Source of the DNA: Polyangia bacterium
GTDB taxonomy: Bacteria; Myxococcota_A; Polyangia; Fen-1088
DNA: 64,000 nt
Assembly (NCBI GenBank): GCA_035578045.1
Contig: DATJWP010000096.1
Span: 18,623-82,622, forward strand
Direction: 5' to 3'
Shown: piece by piece, positions 52,120 through 60,818 of the stretch
Numbering within the stretch: position 1 is the stretch's first letter
How the letters are laid out: the number at the start of each line of letters is the position of its first letter
Program-made: the position numbers and the translations under genes
The notes under the pieces: model-generated
What the model was told of the DNA's origin: nothing
Databases searched by the model: none
The model's input: the letters and a program-made list of their open reading frames with translations, nothing else

Positions 52120-54623
52120 CCGCGCTGCTGCTCCGGTCCTGCGGGCTTGGCCTGGCCCTCTGGCTCCTTTCGACCCCTCGCGCCTGGGGCGCCTCGTCCG
52201 CCGACGGCGGTGAGAGCGATGGTTCGCCGTCGGACGCCGGCGCGCTGGAGCCCGACGCGGTCACGCCGCCCCGCCTGGTCGAAGAGGCCCAGCCGGTCTA
52301 TCCCGAGGATGCCGGCGCCGCCGGCATCGAGGGGACCGTGGTCTTGGCGATCACGATCGACGACGCCGGCGTGGTGACCGACGCCGCGGTCGAGCAAGCG
52401 CTGGGGCACGGGCTCGACGAGGCGGCGCTGGATGCAGCACGGCGCTCGCGGTTCACGCCGGCGTTGCGGGGCGGACGCCCGATCGCTGCGCGGATCCGCT
52501 TCGCCTGCCACTTCGCGGCGCCGCGCCCGCCCCGGCCCGCACCGGCACTGCCGGCGCCGATCGCCGCGCCGCCGCCGGCGCCGCCCGAGGCGATCAGCGA
52601 CGTGACCATCCGGGGCGCCTCGGCCGCGCGGCGGTTGCGCGAGTCAGCGGAAGCGGTGACCGTGGTGGAGACCAAGCAGGCGCAAAGCGAGAGCGCCGAC
52701 CTCGGCGAGGTGCTGGCCCGCGTTCCGGGGCTGGCCGTGCAGCGCAGCGGCGGCCTCGGCTCGTATGCGCGGATCTCCCTCAACGGTCTGACCGACGACC
52801 AGATCCGGTATTACATGGACGGGATCCCGCTCGACGCAGCCGGGTTCGGGCTGGGGTTGCAGAACACGCCGCTCGCCTTCGTCGATCGCGTCGAGATCTA
52901 CCGCGGGGTGGTGCCGGCGCGCTTCGGCGCCGACGCCCTGGGCGGCGCCATCAACGTCGTCACGCTGGACGATCCCCGCGGCACGCACGGCGGCGGGTCG
53001 CTGCAGCTCGGCTCGTTCGGCACCACCCGGGCCACCCTGGCGGCGCGCAGGGCGCGGCCGGACAGCGGGCTCTACACCGCCCTCAGCCTGTTCGCCGATC
53101 ACGCGGACAACGACTACCCGGTCGACGTTCAGGTGCCCGATGCGCTGGGGCGCCTCACCGTCGAGCGTGTCCACCTGTCCCACGCCGCCTACTCGGGCTA
53201 CGGCGGGATGGCCGACATCGGCCTGGTCAATCGCGCCTGGGCCCGGCGATTGCTCCTGCGACTGTTCGCCAACCGTCAGGACGACGACATTCCGACCAAC
53301 CTGGTCATGACGGTCCCCTATGGCGAGGCGCGGTACGGAGAGGTGGCTCGGGGCGCCAACCTGCGGTACGAGGCGCCGCACCTGGCGGGATCGCCGGTGG
53401 GCGCGACCGCCATCGTCGCCTACAGCCGCAACTCGACCAGCTTTCAGGATCTGTCGCCGTGGGTCTACGACTGGTTTGGGCAGCAGGTTCGCGCGCGTAC
53501 CCGTCCGGGCGAGATCGGTCCGCCGACGGACCAGACGATCTGGGACGACAAGGTGCTGGCCCGCCTGTGGTTCACCTGGGCGCCGCGCCAGGGACAGGAG
53601 GCTCGGCTGGCGCTGGCGCCGACCTTCGACCGCCGGACGGGAGAGAATCGGGAAGCCACCGCCGGTCACGATCCACTGGCGGGCCTGCGCCGCTACCTGA
53701 CCGTCGTCGCGGGCGGCGAGTACGAGGTCGATCCGTTCCAGCGCCGGCTGCAGGCGATCACCTTCGTGAAGGGTTACCTGTACCGAACCTGGGCCGACCA
53801 GCCGCTGGCCGGCGGCGGCACCCAGCGCTTGCAGCAGGACAGTCTGACCGGCGGCGCCGGCGAGGAGGTCCGCTATCGCTTCAGGCCCGCGCTCTGGGCC
53901 AAGGCTTCGTACGAACGAACCACGCGCTTCCCGTCGCCCGACGAGGTGTTCGGAGACGGCGTCTGGACGATCGCCAACCTCGAGCTGCGGCCGGAGCGAA
54001 GCCACAACGCCAACCTGAGCCTGACCGTCGACGACTGGCCGACCCATGCCGGCGCCGTGCGTGGGGAGCTGAACGTCTTCTTCCGGCAGGCGTCGGACCT
54101 GATCGTGCCGGTCCCCAGCACCGAGACGACGGTCTACGACAACGTCAACACCGCCCTCAGCCAGGGGCTGGAGGCCAGCGCGGGATGGACGGCGCCGCGC
54201 GGGTGGCTGGCGATCGACGGCAACGCGACCTGGCAGAGCCTGCGCAACCGATCGTCGACCGGCCAGTTCGGGGCGTTCGACGGGGACCGGATCCCGAACC
54301 GGCCCTGGCTGTTCGCGAACGCGTCCCTGCGCGCGCGGCGGACGGCGTTGTCGGCGCCAGGCGACGAGCTGTCGCTCGGCTGCTACCTGCGCTACGTGCA
54401 CGCGTACTACCGCGGCTGGGAGAGCCTGGGCCTGCCGCAATACAAGCAGGTCATCCCCTCGCAAACCACGCTCGACGTCGTCCTGACCTACGCCACGGGC
54501 GGCAAGCTGCGACAGATCTGGACGCTGGAGGCCGACAACCTGGCGGACGCCAAGGTCTACGACTTCTATGGCGTGCAGCGCCCCGGGCGCGCGTTCTACG
54601 CCAAGGTCGTGGTGGAGTACTAG
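52116..54623 (+). CDS. TonB-dependent receptor with an N-terminal TonB C-terminal-like domain
   Basis: Signal peptide. TonB_C-like region PPRLVEEAQPVYPEDAGAAGIEGTVVLAITIDDAGVV..LDEAALDAARRSRFTPA..G.P. Plug region VTVVE..DLGEVLARVPGLAVQRSGG and IEIYRG. The barrel ends in an aromatic residue (VVVEY). Confidence 0.85.
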   Translation: MTALLLRSCGLGLALWLLSTPRAWGASSADGGESDGSPSDAGALEPDAVTPPRLVEEAQPVYPEDAGAAGIEGTVVLAITIDDAGVVTDAAVEQALGHGLDEAALDAARRSRFTPALRGGRPIAARIRFACHFAAPRPPRPAPALPAPIAAPPPAPPEAISDVTIRGASAARRLRESAEAVTVVETKQAQSESADLGEVLARVPGLAVQRSGGLGSYARISLNGLTDDQIRYYMDGIPLDAAGFGLGLQNTPLAFVDRVEIYRGVVPARFGADALGGAINVVTLDDPRGTHGGGSLQLGSFGTTRATLAARRARPDSGLYTALSLFADHADNDYPVDVQVPDALGRLTVERVHLSHAAYSGYGGMADIGLVNRAWARRLLLRLFANRQDDDIPTNLVMTVPYGEARYGEVARGANLRYEAPHLAGSPVGATAIVAYSRNSTSFQDLSPWVYDWFGQQVRARTRPGEIGPPTDQTIWDDKVLARLWFTWAPRQGQEARLALAPTFDRRTGENREATAGHDPLAGLRRYLTVVAGGEYEVDPFQRRLQAITFVKGYLYRTWADQPLAGGGTQRLQQDSLTGGAGEEVRYRFRPALWAKASYERTTRFPSPDEVFGDGVWTIANLELRPERSHNANLSLTVDDWPTHAGAVRGELNVFFRQASDLIVPVPSTETTVYDNVNTALSQGLEASAGWTAPRGWLAIDGNATWQSLRNRSSTGQFGAFDGDRIPNRPWLFANASLRARRTALSAPGDELSLGCYLRYVHAYYRGWESLGLPQYKQVIPSQTTLDVVLTYATGGKLRQIWTLEADNLADAKVYDFYGVQRPGRAFYAKVVVEY

Positions 54624-54628
54624 GCGGC

Positions 54629-56404
54629 GTGAAGCTGTCACGCCTGTCCTTCACCCGCCTCTGGGCGGCCCACGCCTGGCTCGGCGTGACGTGCGGCCTG
54701 GTGCTGCACGTGATGTTCTTCGCGGGCGGGTTCGCCCTGTTCCACGACGAGCTCAGCGCCTGGCAGGAACCCGAGCTGTCGCGGGCCCCCCCCGAGCAGT
54801 CGGTCGGGCGGCTGGTGGCGCGGGCGCTCGAGGCGAGCGCGGCCCCGCCGGTCGCGCTGGAGGTGACGATGCCGGGTCCGAACCGGCCCTTCGTGGAGCT
54901 GGCCTGGACCGAGACGTCGGGCGCGCGTGGTGAAGCCCGCCTCGAGGCCGCCTCTGGGCGTGCCGCGCCCGAGACCTCGCACCTGGCGCGCGTGCTCTTC
55001 TGGCTGCACTTCCTCTACCACCCGCGCGTTCCGTGGGGGATGAACGTGGCCGGGTTGTTCGGCGCCGCCCTGCTGCTGGCGCTGGTCACCGGGCTGCTGA
55101 TTCATCTCAAGGATCTCGTGCGCCAGCTCTATCAGCTGCGGGCTGATCGTTCGCCGCGCGTCCTCTGGTCGGATCTGCACAAGGTCCTGGGCGTGATGGG
55201 GCTGCCGTTTCAGATCGCCTACGCGCTGACGGGAGCGGTCATCGGCCTGGCGCCGGTGATGCTCTCGCTGGCGACCGGTCCGATCTTCCATGGCGACCGC
55301 GCGGCGGCTGCCCGGGCGCTGTGGGGCGAGAGCGCGGCGCCGGTCCCGGCGGGGCGCCGCGCGCCGGCGCTGCCGCTCGACGACCTGCTGTCACGCGCGC
55401 GCGCCGTCGTGCCGGGCTTCGAACCCGACTTCGCGCGGCTGGACAACCTCGGCGATGCGGCGGCTCGGGCCGCGTTCTGGGGGCGGCGGCCGGGCCGGCT
55501 GTTCGCCCGGGGGGACGTCGTGCTGCGCGCCACCGACGGCGCCCTGATCGCCGACGGCGCCAGCACGCCGCCCACGCCGGGTGCGGCGGTGACCCGCTGG
55601 GCGACAGGGCTTCACTACGTCTGGTTCGGCGGCGTGGCGGCGCGGATCCTGTGCGCGCTGCTGGCTGCGGCGGCTTGCCTGACCATCCTGAGCGGCAACT
55701 GGATCTGGCTGGCGCGCCGCGAGTCGACCGCGGCACGCGCTGGAAACCGGCTGTTGCTCCGCCTGACGATCGGGATCGGCGGCGGGCTGTTGCTGGGAAC
55801 CGCCGGGCTATTCTGGGCCAACCGACTGGCTCCGCCGGCGGCGCGCCTGGACGCCGAGACCTGGGCCTTCTTCGGAACCTGGGCGGCGACGGCCACGCTG
55901 TTCGCCGCCCGAGCAGAGTCGCGGGGCGGCTGGGTCGGGCTTCTGCGGCTGGCGGGAGCCGCCTTCACCGCCGTGCCGCTGCTGACGGCCGCCCGGTTCG
56001 CCGCGACCGCGTCGTGGGCCGGTGTCGCAGCTGCTCTGGGCGGCGTCGACACCGCCCTGGCGGGGCTGGGCCTGCTGCTGCTGCTGGCTTCGGAGATGGT
56101 CCAGCGCGCGGCGGCCCGTGCGACGGCGCGCGGCTCTGGTCCCCTGGATCGACCGGCGAGGCGGCCGGTGGCGGCCCGCGTGCTTCCGGCGCTGCTTCTG
56201 GCGGCCGTGCTCGCGGCCGTTCGCGTGGGGCAGTTCCCGACGGAGGTCGGCGAAGCGGTCCTGTTCGCGCTCGCCGCTTTCACGACCGCCGTCTCGATCT
56301 TCGTCCCGCTGGCCGCGCTACGCCCGCGCTGGGCCTGGCACGCCGCCCTGGCGGCGCCGGTGGTCGCGCTGGCGCTGCTGGCGGTCGAGGCGCGCGCGCG
56401 ATGA
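54629..56404 (+). CDS. PepSY-associated TM helix protein (PiuB-like iron-regulated membrane protein)
   Basis: GTG at 54629. The N-terminus LWAAHAWLGVTCGLVLHVMFFAGGFALFHDEL is followed by multiple TM helices. Confidence 0.8.
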   Translation: MKLSRLSFTRLWAAHAWLGVTCGLVLHVMFFAGGFALFHDELSAWQEPELSRAPPEQSVGRLVARALEASAAPPVALEVTMPGPNRPFVELAWTETSGARGEARLEAASGRAAPETSHLARVLFWLHFLYHPRVPWGMNVAGLFGAALLLALVTGLLIHLKDLVRQLYQLRADRSPRVLWSDLHKVLGVMGLPFQIAYALTGAVIGLAPVMLSLATGPIFHGDRAAAARALWGESAAPVPAGRRAPALPLDDLLSRARAVVPGFEPDFARLDNLGDAAARAAFWGRRPGRLFARGDVVLRATDGALIADGASTPPTPGAAVTRWATGLHYVWFGGVAARILCALLAAAACLTILSGNWIWLARRESTAARAGNRLLLRLTIGIGGGLLLGTAGLFWANRLAPPAARLDAETWAFFGTWAATATLFAARAESRGGWVGLLRLAGAAFTAVPLLTAARFAATASWAGVAAALGGVDTALAGLGLLLLLASEMVQRAAARATARGSGPLDRPARRPVAARVLPALLLAAVLAAVRVGQFPTEVGEAVLFALAAFTTAVSIFVPLAALRPRWAWHAALAAPVVALALLAVEARAR

Positions 56405-56676
56405 CGACCGCGGGGCCGACCCGCGCGGTGGCGGCGGTGCGGGTCCTCGGCGCCGCGCTGGGCGGGCTCGCGGTGGCCGGTGCGGCTTCGCTCTGCCTGG
56501 CGCGGCTGCCGTTGCCGGCGCCGGGGCTCGGCTTCGCGCTGGGCGTGGCGCTGTTCGTTCCCCTCTGGGTGGCGCTGGCCTGCCTGGGCCTTGTCGCCCG
56601 TCGCGCCCGCCATGTGTGGCTCGCCTGCGCTGGAGCCGCCACGATCTTCGCCTGGCTCGCCTGGCTGTTCGGCTGA
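56401..56676 (+). CDS. Small membrane protein (DUF3325-like)
   Basis: The ATG overlaps the PepSY stop (ATGA). 91 aa with three hydrophobic helices. This is the usual partner position. Confidence 0.55.
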   Translation: MTTAGPTRAVAAVRVLGAALGGLAVAGAASLCLARLPLPAPGLGFALGVALFVPLWVALACLGLVARRARHVWLACAGAATIFAWLAWLFG

Positions 56677-56688
56677 TCGAGATTCTGG

Positions 56689-56785
56689 TTGACAGCCGGG
56701 CCGGCGGTCGTTACAAATGATTTTGAAAGTCGTTTTCATTTAGAGATTTCAGCGGCCAGCGGCCCCCAGCGCCCCGAGCCCGGTC
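56689..56785 (+). promoter_or_regulatory. Promoter-operator-leader module, copy 2
   Basis: TTGACA at 56689 with a 17-nt spacer to TACAAA. The AT-rich palindrome AAATGA(56715)-N15-TCATTT(56741) follows. The same conserved blocks CGGCCAGCGGCC (56753..56764) and GCGCCCCGAGCCCGG (56769..56783) are present. Confidence 0.5.
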
Positions 56786-56831
56786 GGTTCGACAGGACCG
56801 ATCAGCTCGTCACGCATGGGAGCGGCCGCGC

Positions 56832-57548
56832 ATGAACCTGATCACCGCGCTGAAGTCACTGTTCGTCGGATCCGGCGCCACCTGGATCCTGTGGTTGCTG
56901 CTGGGGCTGGCGGGCGTGGCGCTGGCGATCGCCGTCGAGCGCGCGCTCTACCTGCGCGGCCGGGACGCCGACCTGGGCGGCCTGGCGCGCGCCCTCGAGG
57001 CGCGCCTGGAGGCGCGCGACGTCGCGGGGGCTCGCAGGGTGCTGGCCGGATCGCGTTCCTTGGCGGCCTCGGTCGCCGCCGCCGGCCTGCGGGTCGCGCA
57101 CCTTGGTCCGGCCGCCGCCGAGAGAGCGATGCAGGGAGCGTCGGCCGTCGAGCGCGCGCGGCTGGAAGCTCGCCTGGCCTTTCTCGGCACGCTGGGCAAC
57201 AACGCCCCGTTCGTCGGTCTGTTCGGCACCGTCGTGGGGGTCGTTCAGGCCTTCGACCGGCTGGGCGTGACCGGCGCCGGCGGCGCCGCCGGCCAGGCCG
57301 CGTCGCAGGCGGTCATGGCGGGCATCTCGGAGGCCCTGATCGCGACGGCCGTCGGGATCGGCGTCGCGCTGCCGGCGGTCGCCGCTCACAACTACTTCCA
57401 GCGTCGGATCAGCCGGCTGCTGGACGGGACGGAAGCGGTCAACAGCGTCGTCCTGGCTTACCTGCTGGCCGAGGAGCCGCCGCCGGACGGGTTGGTGGTG
57501 GCGGACGTCGCGTCGGAACCGGCCGCCGCGCGGCTGCGGGGGGCCTGA
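56832..57548 (+). CDS. exbB: MotA/TolQ/ExbB proton-channel protein
   Basis: 238 aa with three TM helices. Conserved LGTLGNNAPFVGLFGTVVGV and ALIATAVGI. Confidence 0.85.
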   Translation: MNLITALKSLFVGSGATWILWLLLGLAGVALAIAVERALYLRGRDADLGGLARALEARLEARDVAGARRVLAGSRSLAASVAAAGLRVAHLGPAAAERAMQGASAVERARLEARLAFLGTLGNNAPFVGLFGTVVGVVQAFDRLGVTGAGGAAGQAASQAVMAGISEALIATAVGIGVALPAVAAHNYFQRRISRLLDGTEAVNSVVLAYLLAEEPPPDGLVVADVASEPAAARLRGA

Positions 57549-57549
57549 G

Positions 57550-57984
57550 GTGGCCGGTGCGGCGAGCACCCCGGGGCGCGGGCGCGCGGGGGCGATCATC
57601 GAGGGCATCAACGTCACGCCCCTGGTCGACATCATGCTGGTGCTGCTGGTGATCTTCATCGTGACCGCCAAGGTTCTGGTCACACCGGCCGTGCCGCTGG
57701 ACCTGCCCAAGGTGGCGCGGGCGGACGAGATCCAGGTGGTCTTTGCAGTGACGATCCCGGTCCAGGGGGAGACGCGCGTCGACGGTCAGCCCGTCGCCGA
57801 CGAAGCGGCGCTGGCGGCGCTGGCGGCGGCCGCGGTGGCCCGCGATCGCGATCTGCGCGCGGTCATCCAGGCCGACGGCGCCGTGCCGCACCGGCGGGTG
57901 GTGCGCGCGCTGGATGCGCTCCGGCGGGCCGGCGTCGAGAAGGTGGCGGTCGCCACCCAGCTGGAAGACCAGGGGGCGCGTTGA
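57550..57984 (+). CDS. exbD: ExbD/TolR biopolymer transport protein
   Basis: INVTPLVDIMLVLLVIFIV and a periplasmic domain with a VIQADGAVPHRRVVRALDALRRAG-type segment. Confidence 0.85.
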   Translation: MAGAASTPGRGRAGAIIEGINVTPLVDIMLVLLVIFIVTAKVLVTPAVPLDLPKVARADEIQVVFAVTIPVQGETRVDGQPVADEAALAALAAAAVARDRDLRAVIQADGAVPHRRVVRALDALRRAGVEKVAVATQLEDQGAR

Positions 57985-58775
57985 TGCGACACGCCCGCGC
58001 TCGCTACCTGGCGTTCGCCACCGGCGAGCGGCCGCACCGGCTGGCAGCGAGCCTGTTCGGACCCGCCGGAGGCTCGTCGCGATCGCGTCTGCTGGCTGGT
58101 GCCAGCGTCGCCGCGGCCGCCTACACGGCGCTGGGAGCATGGATTGCCACGCGCCCCGGGCGGCCGGCGCACGCGTCGCCGCACCCGCCCGAGGTCGCCG
58201 TCGAGCTGCTGGTGACGCGGCCGCTTCCCATCCCGCCTCCTTCACCCGCGAGCCCGCGAGCTGTTCGGCGGGTGTCGGTGGCGCACGCGTCGCCACCTCC
58301 GGCGCGGGCGGCCCAGCCAGCGCAGGCGGCGCCCGTCGTGGCGCGAGCGGCCGCGCCCGAGGCGCCCCTGGACCTGACCGACTTCTCGATCGCAACCGGC
58401 GGTGCGACGCGCTCGGCCGGCGGCGCGACGTCCAGCTCTGGCCCGGCGGGGGCCGCCGATTCCGCGCCGGGCGCGGGCGAGCCGATGCCGGACCTTTCGC
58501 GGCCGGTCTCGATTCGCGACACCGAGTGGCGGGACTGCGCCTGGCCCGCTCAGGCCGACGCCCTGGGCGTCGACGAGCAGGTCGTCGCCATGCGCGCGAT
58601 CGCCTCCGCCGAGGGCCAGTTCGAGTCGGGTGAGGTGGTGGGCGACCCGGGTTACGGGTTCGGCGCCGCGTTGCTCTCGTGCGCGCGGCGCCATGGGTTC
58701 GCGCCGGCGCTCGACCGGCAGGGGCGCCCCGTGCGGGCCCGCTCCGGGCTCATTCGCTTCACTTTCACCAGATGA
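57984..58775 (+). CDS. tonB: TonB family energy transducer
   Basis: The ATG overlaps the exbD stop (TGATG). One TM helix, a Pro/Ala-rich spacer, and a divergent TonB_C-like end (..FAPALDRQGRPVRARSGLIRFTF). Confidence 0.7.
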   Translation: MRHARARYLAFATGERPHRLAASLFGPAGGSSRSRLLAGASVAAAAYTALGAWIATRPGRPAHASPHPPEVAVELLVTRPLPIPPPSPASPRAVRRVSVAHASPPPARAAQPAQAAPVVARAAAPEAPLDLTDFSIATGGATRSAGGATSSSGPAGAADSAPGAGEPMPDLSRPVSIRDTEWRDCAWPAQADALGVDEQVVAMRAIASAEGQFESGEVVGDPGYGFGAALLSCARRHGFAPALDRQGRPVRARSGLIRFTFTR

Positions 58776-58795
58776 GGACGGAAAGGACCGGTTCG

Positions 58796-60028
58796 ATGAA
58801 AGTCAGCAAGCAGGTCGGAATCATGTGGACGCTGCTGGTGGTCGCGCCTTTGGCCGGCTGCGGCGGCGCCGGCGCAGAGCAAAAAGACAGCGCGGCCCAG
58901 GGGCCGGTGTACGTCGTCTCGACCGGGGTCAGCTCGGGCGACGATTTCTTCGGCTACCTGACCACCGTGGGGTCGCTCGATCCCGGGACCACCTTCTCCC
59001 TGGACGGCGCGATCGAGGTCGACCCTTCGTGGATCTTCTCGTCGCCGGGCAAGCCGTACGTCTATGCGGCGTCGCTGCTCCAGCCGACGATCGATCGCTA
59101 CCTGATCACGGACTCCGGCGCGCTGGCCAGGGACGCGACCGTCAGCTTCGCGAACCTGGGCGTGCAGAGCGCCTACCTGGCGGCGTCCGCCCCGATCTAC
59201 TCGGATGACAAGTCCTACTTCGTCGACGACGCCCAGGACCAGATGGTGATCTGGAATCCGGCGGCGATGACGATCATCGGCACGATCCCCTTCGGCGACC
59301 AGCCCGAGGGGGCGCTGCCGCCCCAGCCCGAGGGCACCGTCGTGGTGCACGACGGACTGATCATGACCGCTATCGATTGGTCGGATTCGTCCAGCGATCC
59401 GAGCCTGTACGGATCGAAGGTACGACTTCTGGGGATCGATCCCGCGACTGACACCATCGTGCAGTCGACCACCGACGCGCGCATCACGTATGCGTCTCCG
59501 CTGGCGCAGGCTTCGGACGGAACGGTGTACTACAGCCCGCCGTCGTTCGTGGCCGCCGAGATCCAGGTCGCTCCTGGACACGGCAGCCCCTCGCAGGCGC
59601 TCTCGGTCGGGCCCACCAGCGCGGCGTTCGATCCGACGTTCGACCTGGATCTCTCCGCGCTGGTGGGTGGACGCCCGGCGGGCGACTTCATCCTGCTCGA
59701 CGATCAGACGGCCATCGTCCGGGCGTGGCACGCCGACCTGGCCGATCCGGTGACCGAGGCCAACTGGAAAGACGTGCTCTGGACGGAGGCCGGGTTCTTG
59801 TGGTGGCGCTGGCACGTCGGCGATGCCCAGGCCATCCAGATCCCCAACCAGAGCCCGGGCGCCCTGGGCGCCAGCGTCACGCGCATCGACGGGAAGCTCT
59901 ACGTCGTCCGCACCAGCGCCGACTCGACCACCAGCACGCTGGACGAGATCGACGCGCAAGGCGAGTTCACCGCCACGCTGTCGGGTCCAGGGCAGCTCAT
60001 CGGCGCCGGCGCCGTGCGGGTTCGGTGA
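58796..60028 (+). CDS. Lipoprotein, paralog A (beta-propeller-like, unknown family)
   Basis: ATG at 58796 and lipobox LAGCGG. It shares VIWNPAAMTIIGTI, LLGIDPATDTIV and FDPTFD segments with 60805..62019. Confidence 0.6.
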   Translation: MKVSKQVGIMWTLLVVAPLAGCGGAGAEQKDSAAQGPVYVVSTGVSSGDDFFGYLTTVGSLDPGTTFSLDGAIEVDPSWIFSSPGKPYVYAASLLQPTIDRYLITDSGALARDATVSFANLGVQSAYLAASAPIYSDDKSYFVDDAQDQMVIWNPAAMTIIGTIPFGDQPEGALPPQPEGTVVVHDGLIMTAIDWSDSSSDPSLYGSKVRLLGIDPATDTIVQSTTDARITYASPLAQASDGTVYYSPPSFVAAEIQVAPGHGSPSQALSVGPTSAAFDPTFDLDLSALVGGRPAGDFILLDDQTAIVRAWHADLADPVTEANWKDVLWTEAGFLWWRWHVGDAQAIQIPNQSPGALGASVTRIDGKLYVVRTSADSTTSTLDEIDAQGEFTATLSGPGQLIGAGAVRVR

Positions 60029-60032
60029 CGAC

Positions 60033-60818
60033 GTGCTGCAAGCCGCGCTGGTCACCTTCCGCGAAGGGATCGAGTCCTTTCTCATCGTCGCTGTGGTCAC
60101 CGCATACCTGAGGAAAACGGGGCGCGCCGCCCTGATCCAGGGGGTGCGCGTCGGGGTCGCGCTCTCCGCCGTCACCTGCGTGGTGGGGGCGTGGCTCTGG
60201 TTGCAGGTGCCGAACCAGCCGTTCTATGAGGGGTTGGGCGCGCTGGTCGCCGCGCTCCTGGTCGGAGGCCTGCTCTGGCAGACGATGCGGGCCGGGCGGC
60301 GCCTGGCGGGAGAGATCGAGCGGCGCATCGAGGCGGCCGCGGGTCGGGCGGGGTCATCGGCGCGGGCCGCAGCCGGCGTGGCGGCGGTCACCGCGCTGCT
60401 GGTGACCCGCGAGGGGTTGGAGGCGGTCTTCTACCTGGGCGTGCAGGCGCTGGCGGCGCGGAGCTCGGCCGGCGGCTGGCGCGCGCACGCGGTCGTGGCG
60501 GGCGCCGCCGCCGGGCTCGCGGCGGCGGCGGCGGTCGCGCTCGGCTGGGTCCGGATCGCCCGCCGGCTGAACCTGGCCGTGGTCCTGCGCGTGACGGCGC
60601 TGTTTCTGGCGCTCTTCCTGGTCCAGCTGGTCGTCTACGGCGTCCATGAGCTGGCGGAGAGCGGTGTCATCAGCGGCAGCCAGGCCTTTCACGACGCCAC
60701 CGAGGTCTTTGGCCCGGACGGTCGAATTGGCCACCTCATCTCGTACTCGCTGCTGGGGGCGCCGCTCGTCTACCTGGTCTTGGCAATCAAACAGAGGAGA
60801 ATCCATGCTTCGTCGTGA
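60033..60818 (+). CDS. FTR1/EfeU-family high-affinity iron permease
   Basis: GTG at 60033. Two RExxE motifs (REGIES, REGLEA) sit in TM helices. About 7 TM segments. Confidence 0.8.
   Translation: MLQAALVTFREGIESFLIVAVVTAYLRKTGRAALIQGVRVGVALSAVTCVVGAWLWLQVPNQPFYEGLGALVAALLVGGLLWQTMRAGRRLAGEIERRIEAAAGRAGSSARAAAGVAAVTALLVTREGLEAVFYLGVQALAARSSAGGWRAHAVVAGAAAGLAAAAAVALGWVRIARRLNLAVVLRVTALFLALFLVQLVVYGVHELAESGVISGSQAFHDATEVFGPDGRIGHLISYSLLGAPLVYLVLAIKQRRIHASS

Noticed and set aside
56780-56800. GGTTCGACAGG, which resembles a tRNA T-arm.
   Set aside because: No acceptor stem, anticodon arm or GTTCGAATC consensus surrounds it. It lies within the exbB 5' leader.
56816-57652. Alternative 278-aa ORF overlapping exbB in another frame.
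   Set aside because: Its composition is Arg/Gly/Ala junk, whereas frame 56832..57548 gives a canonical ExbB.
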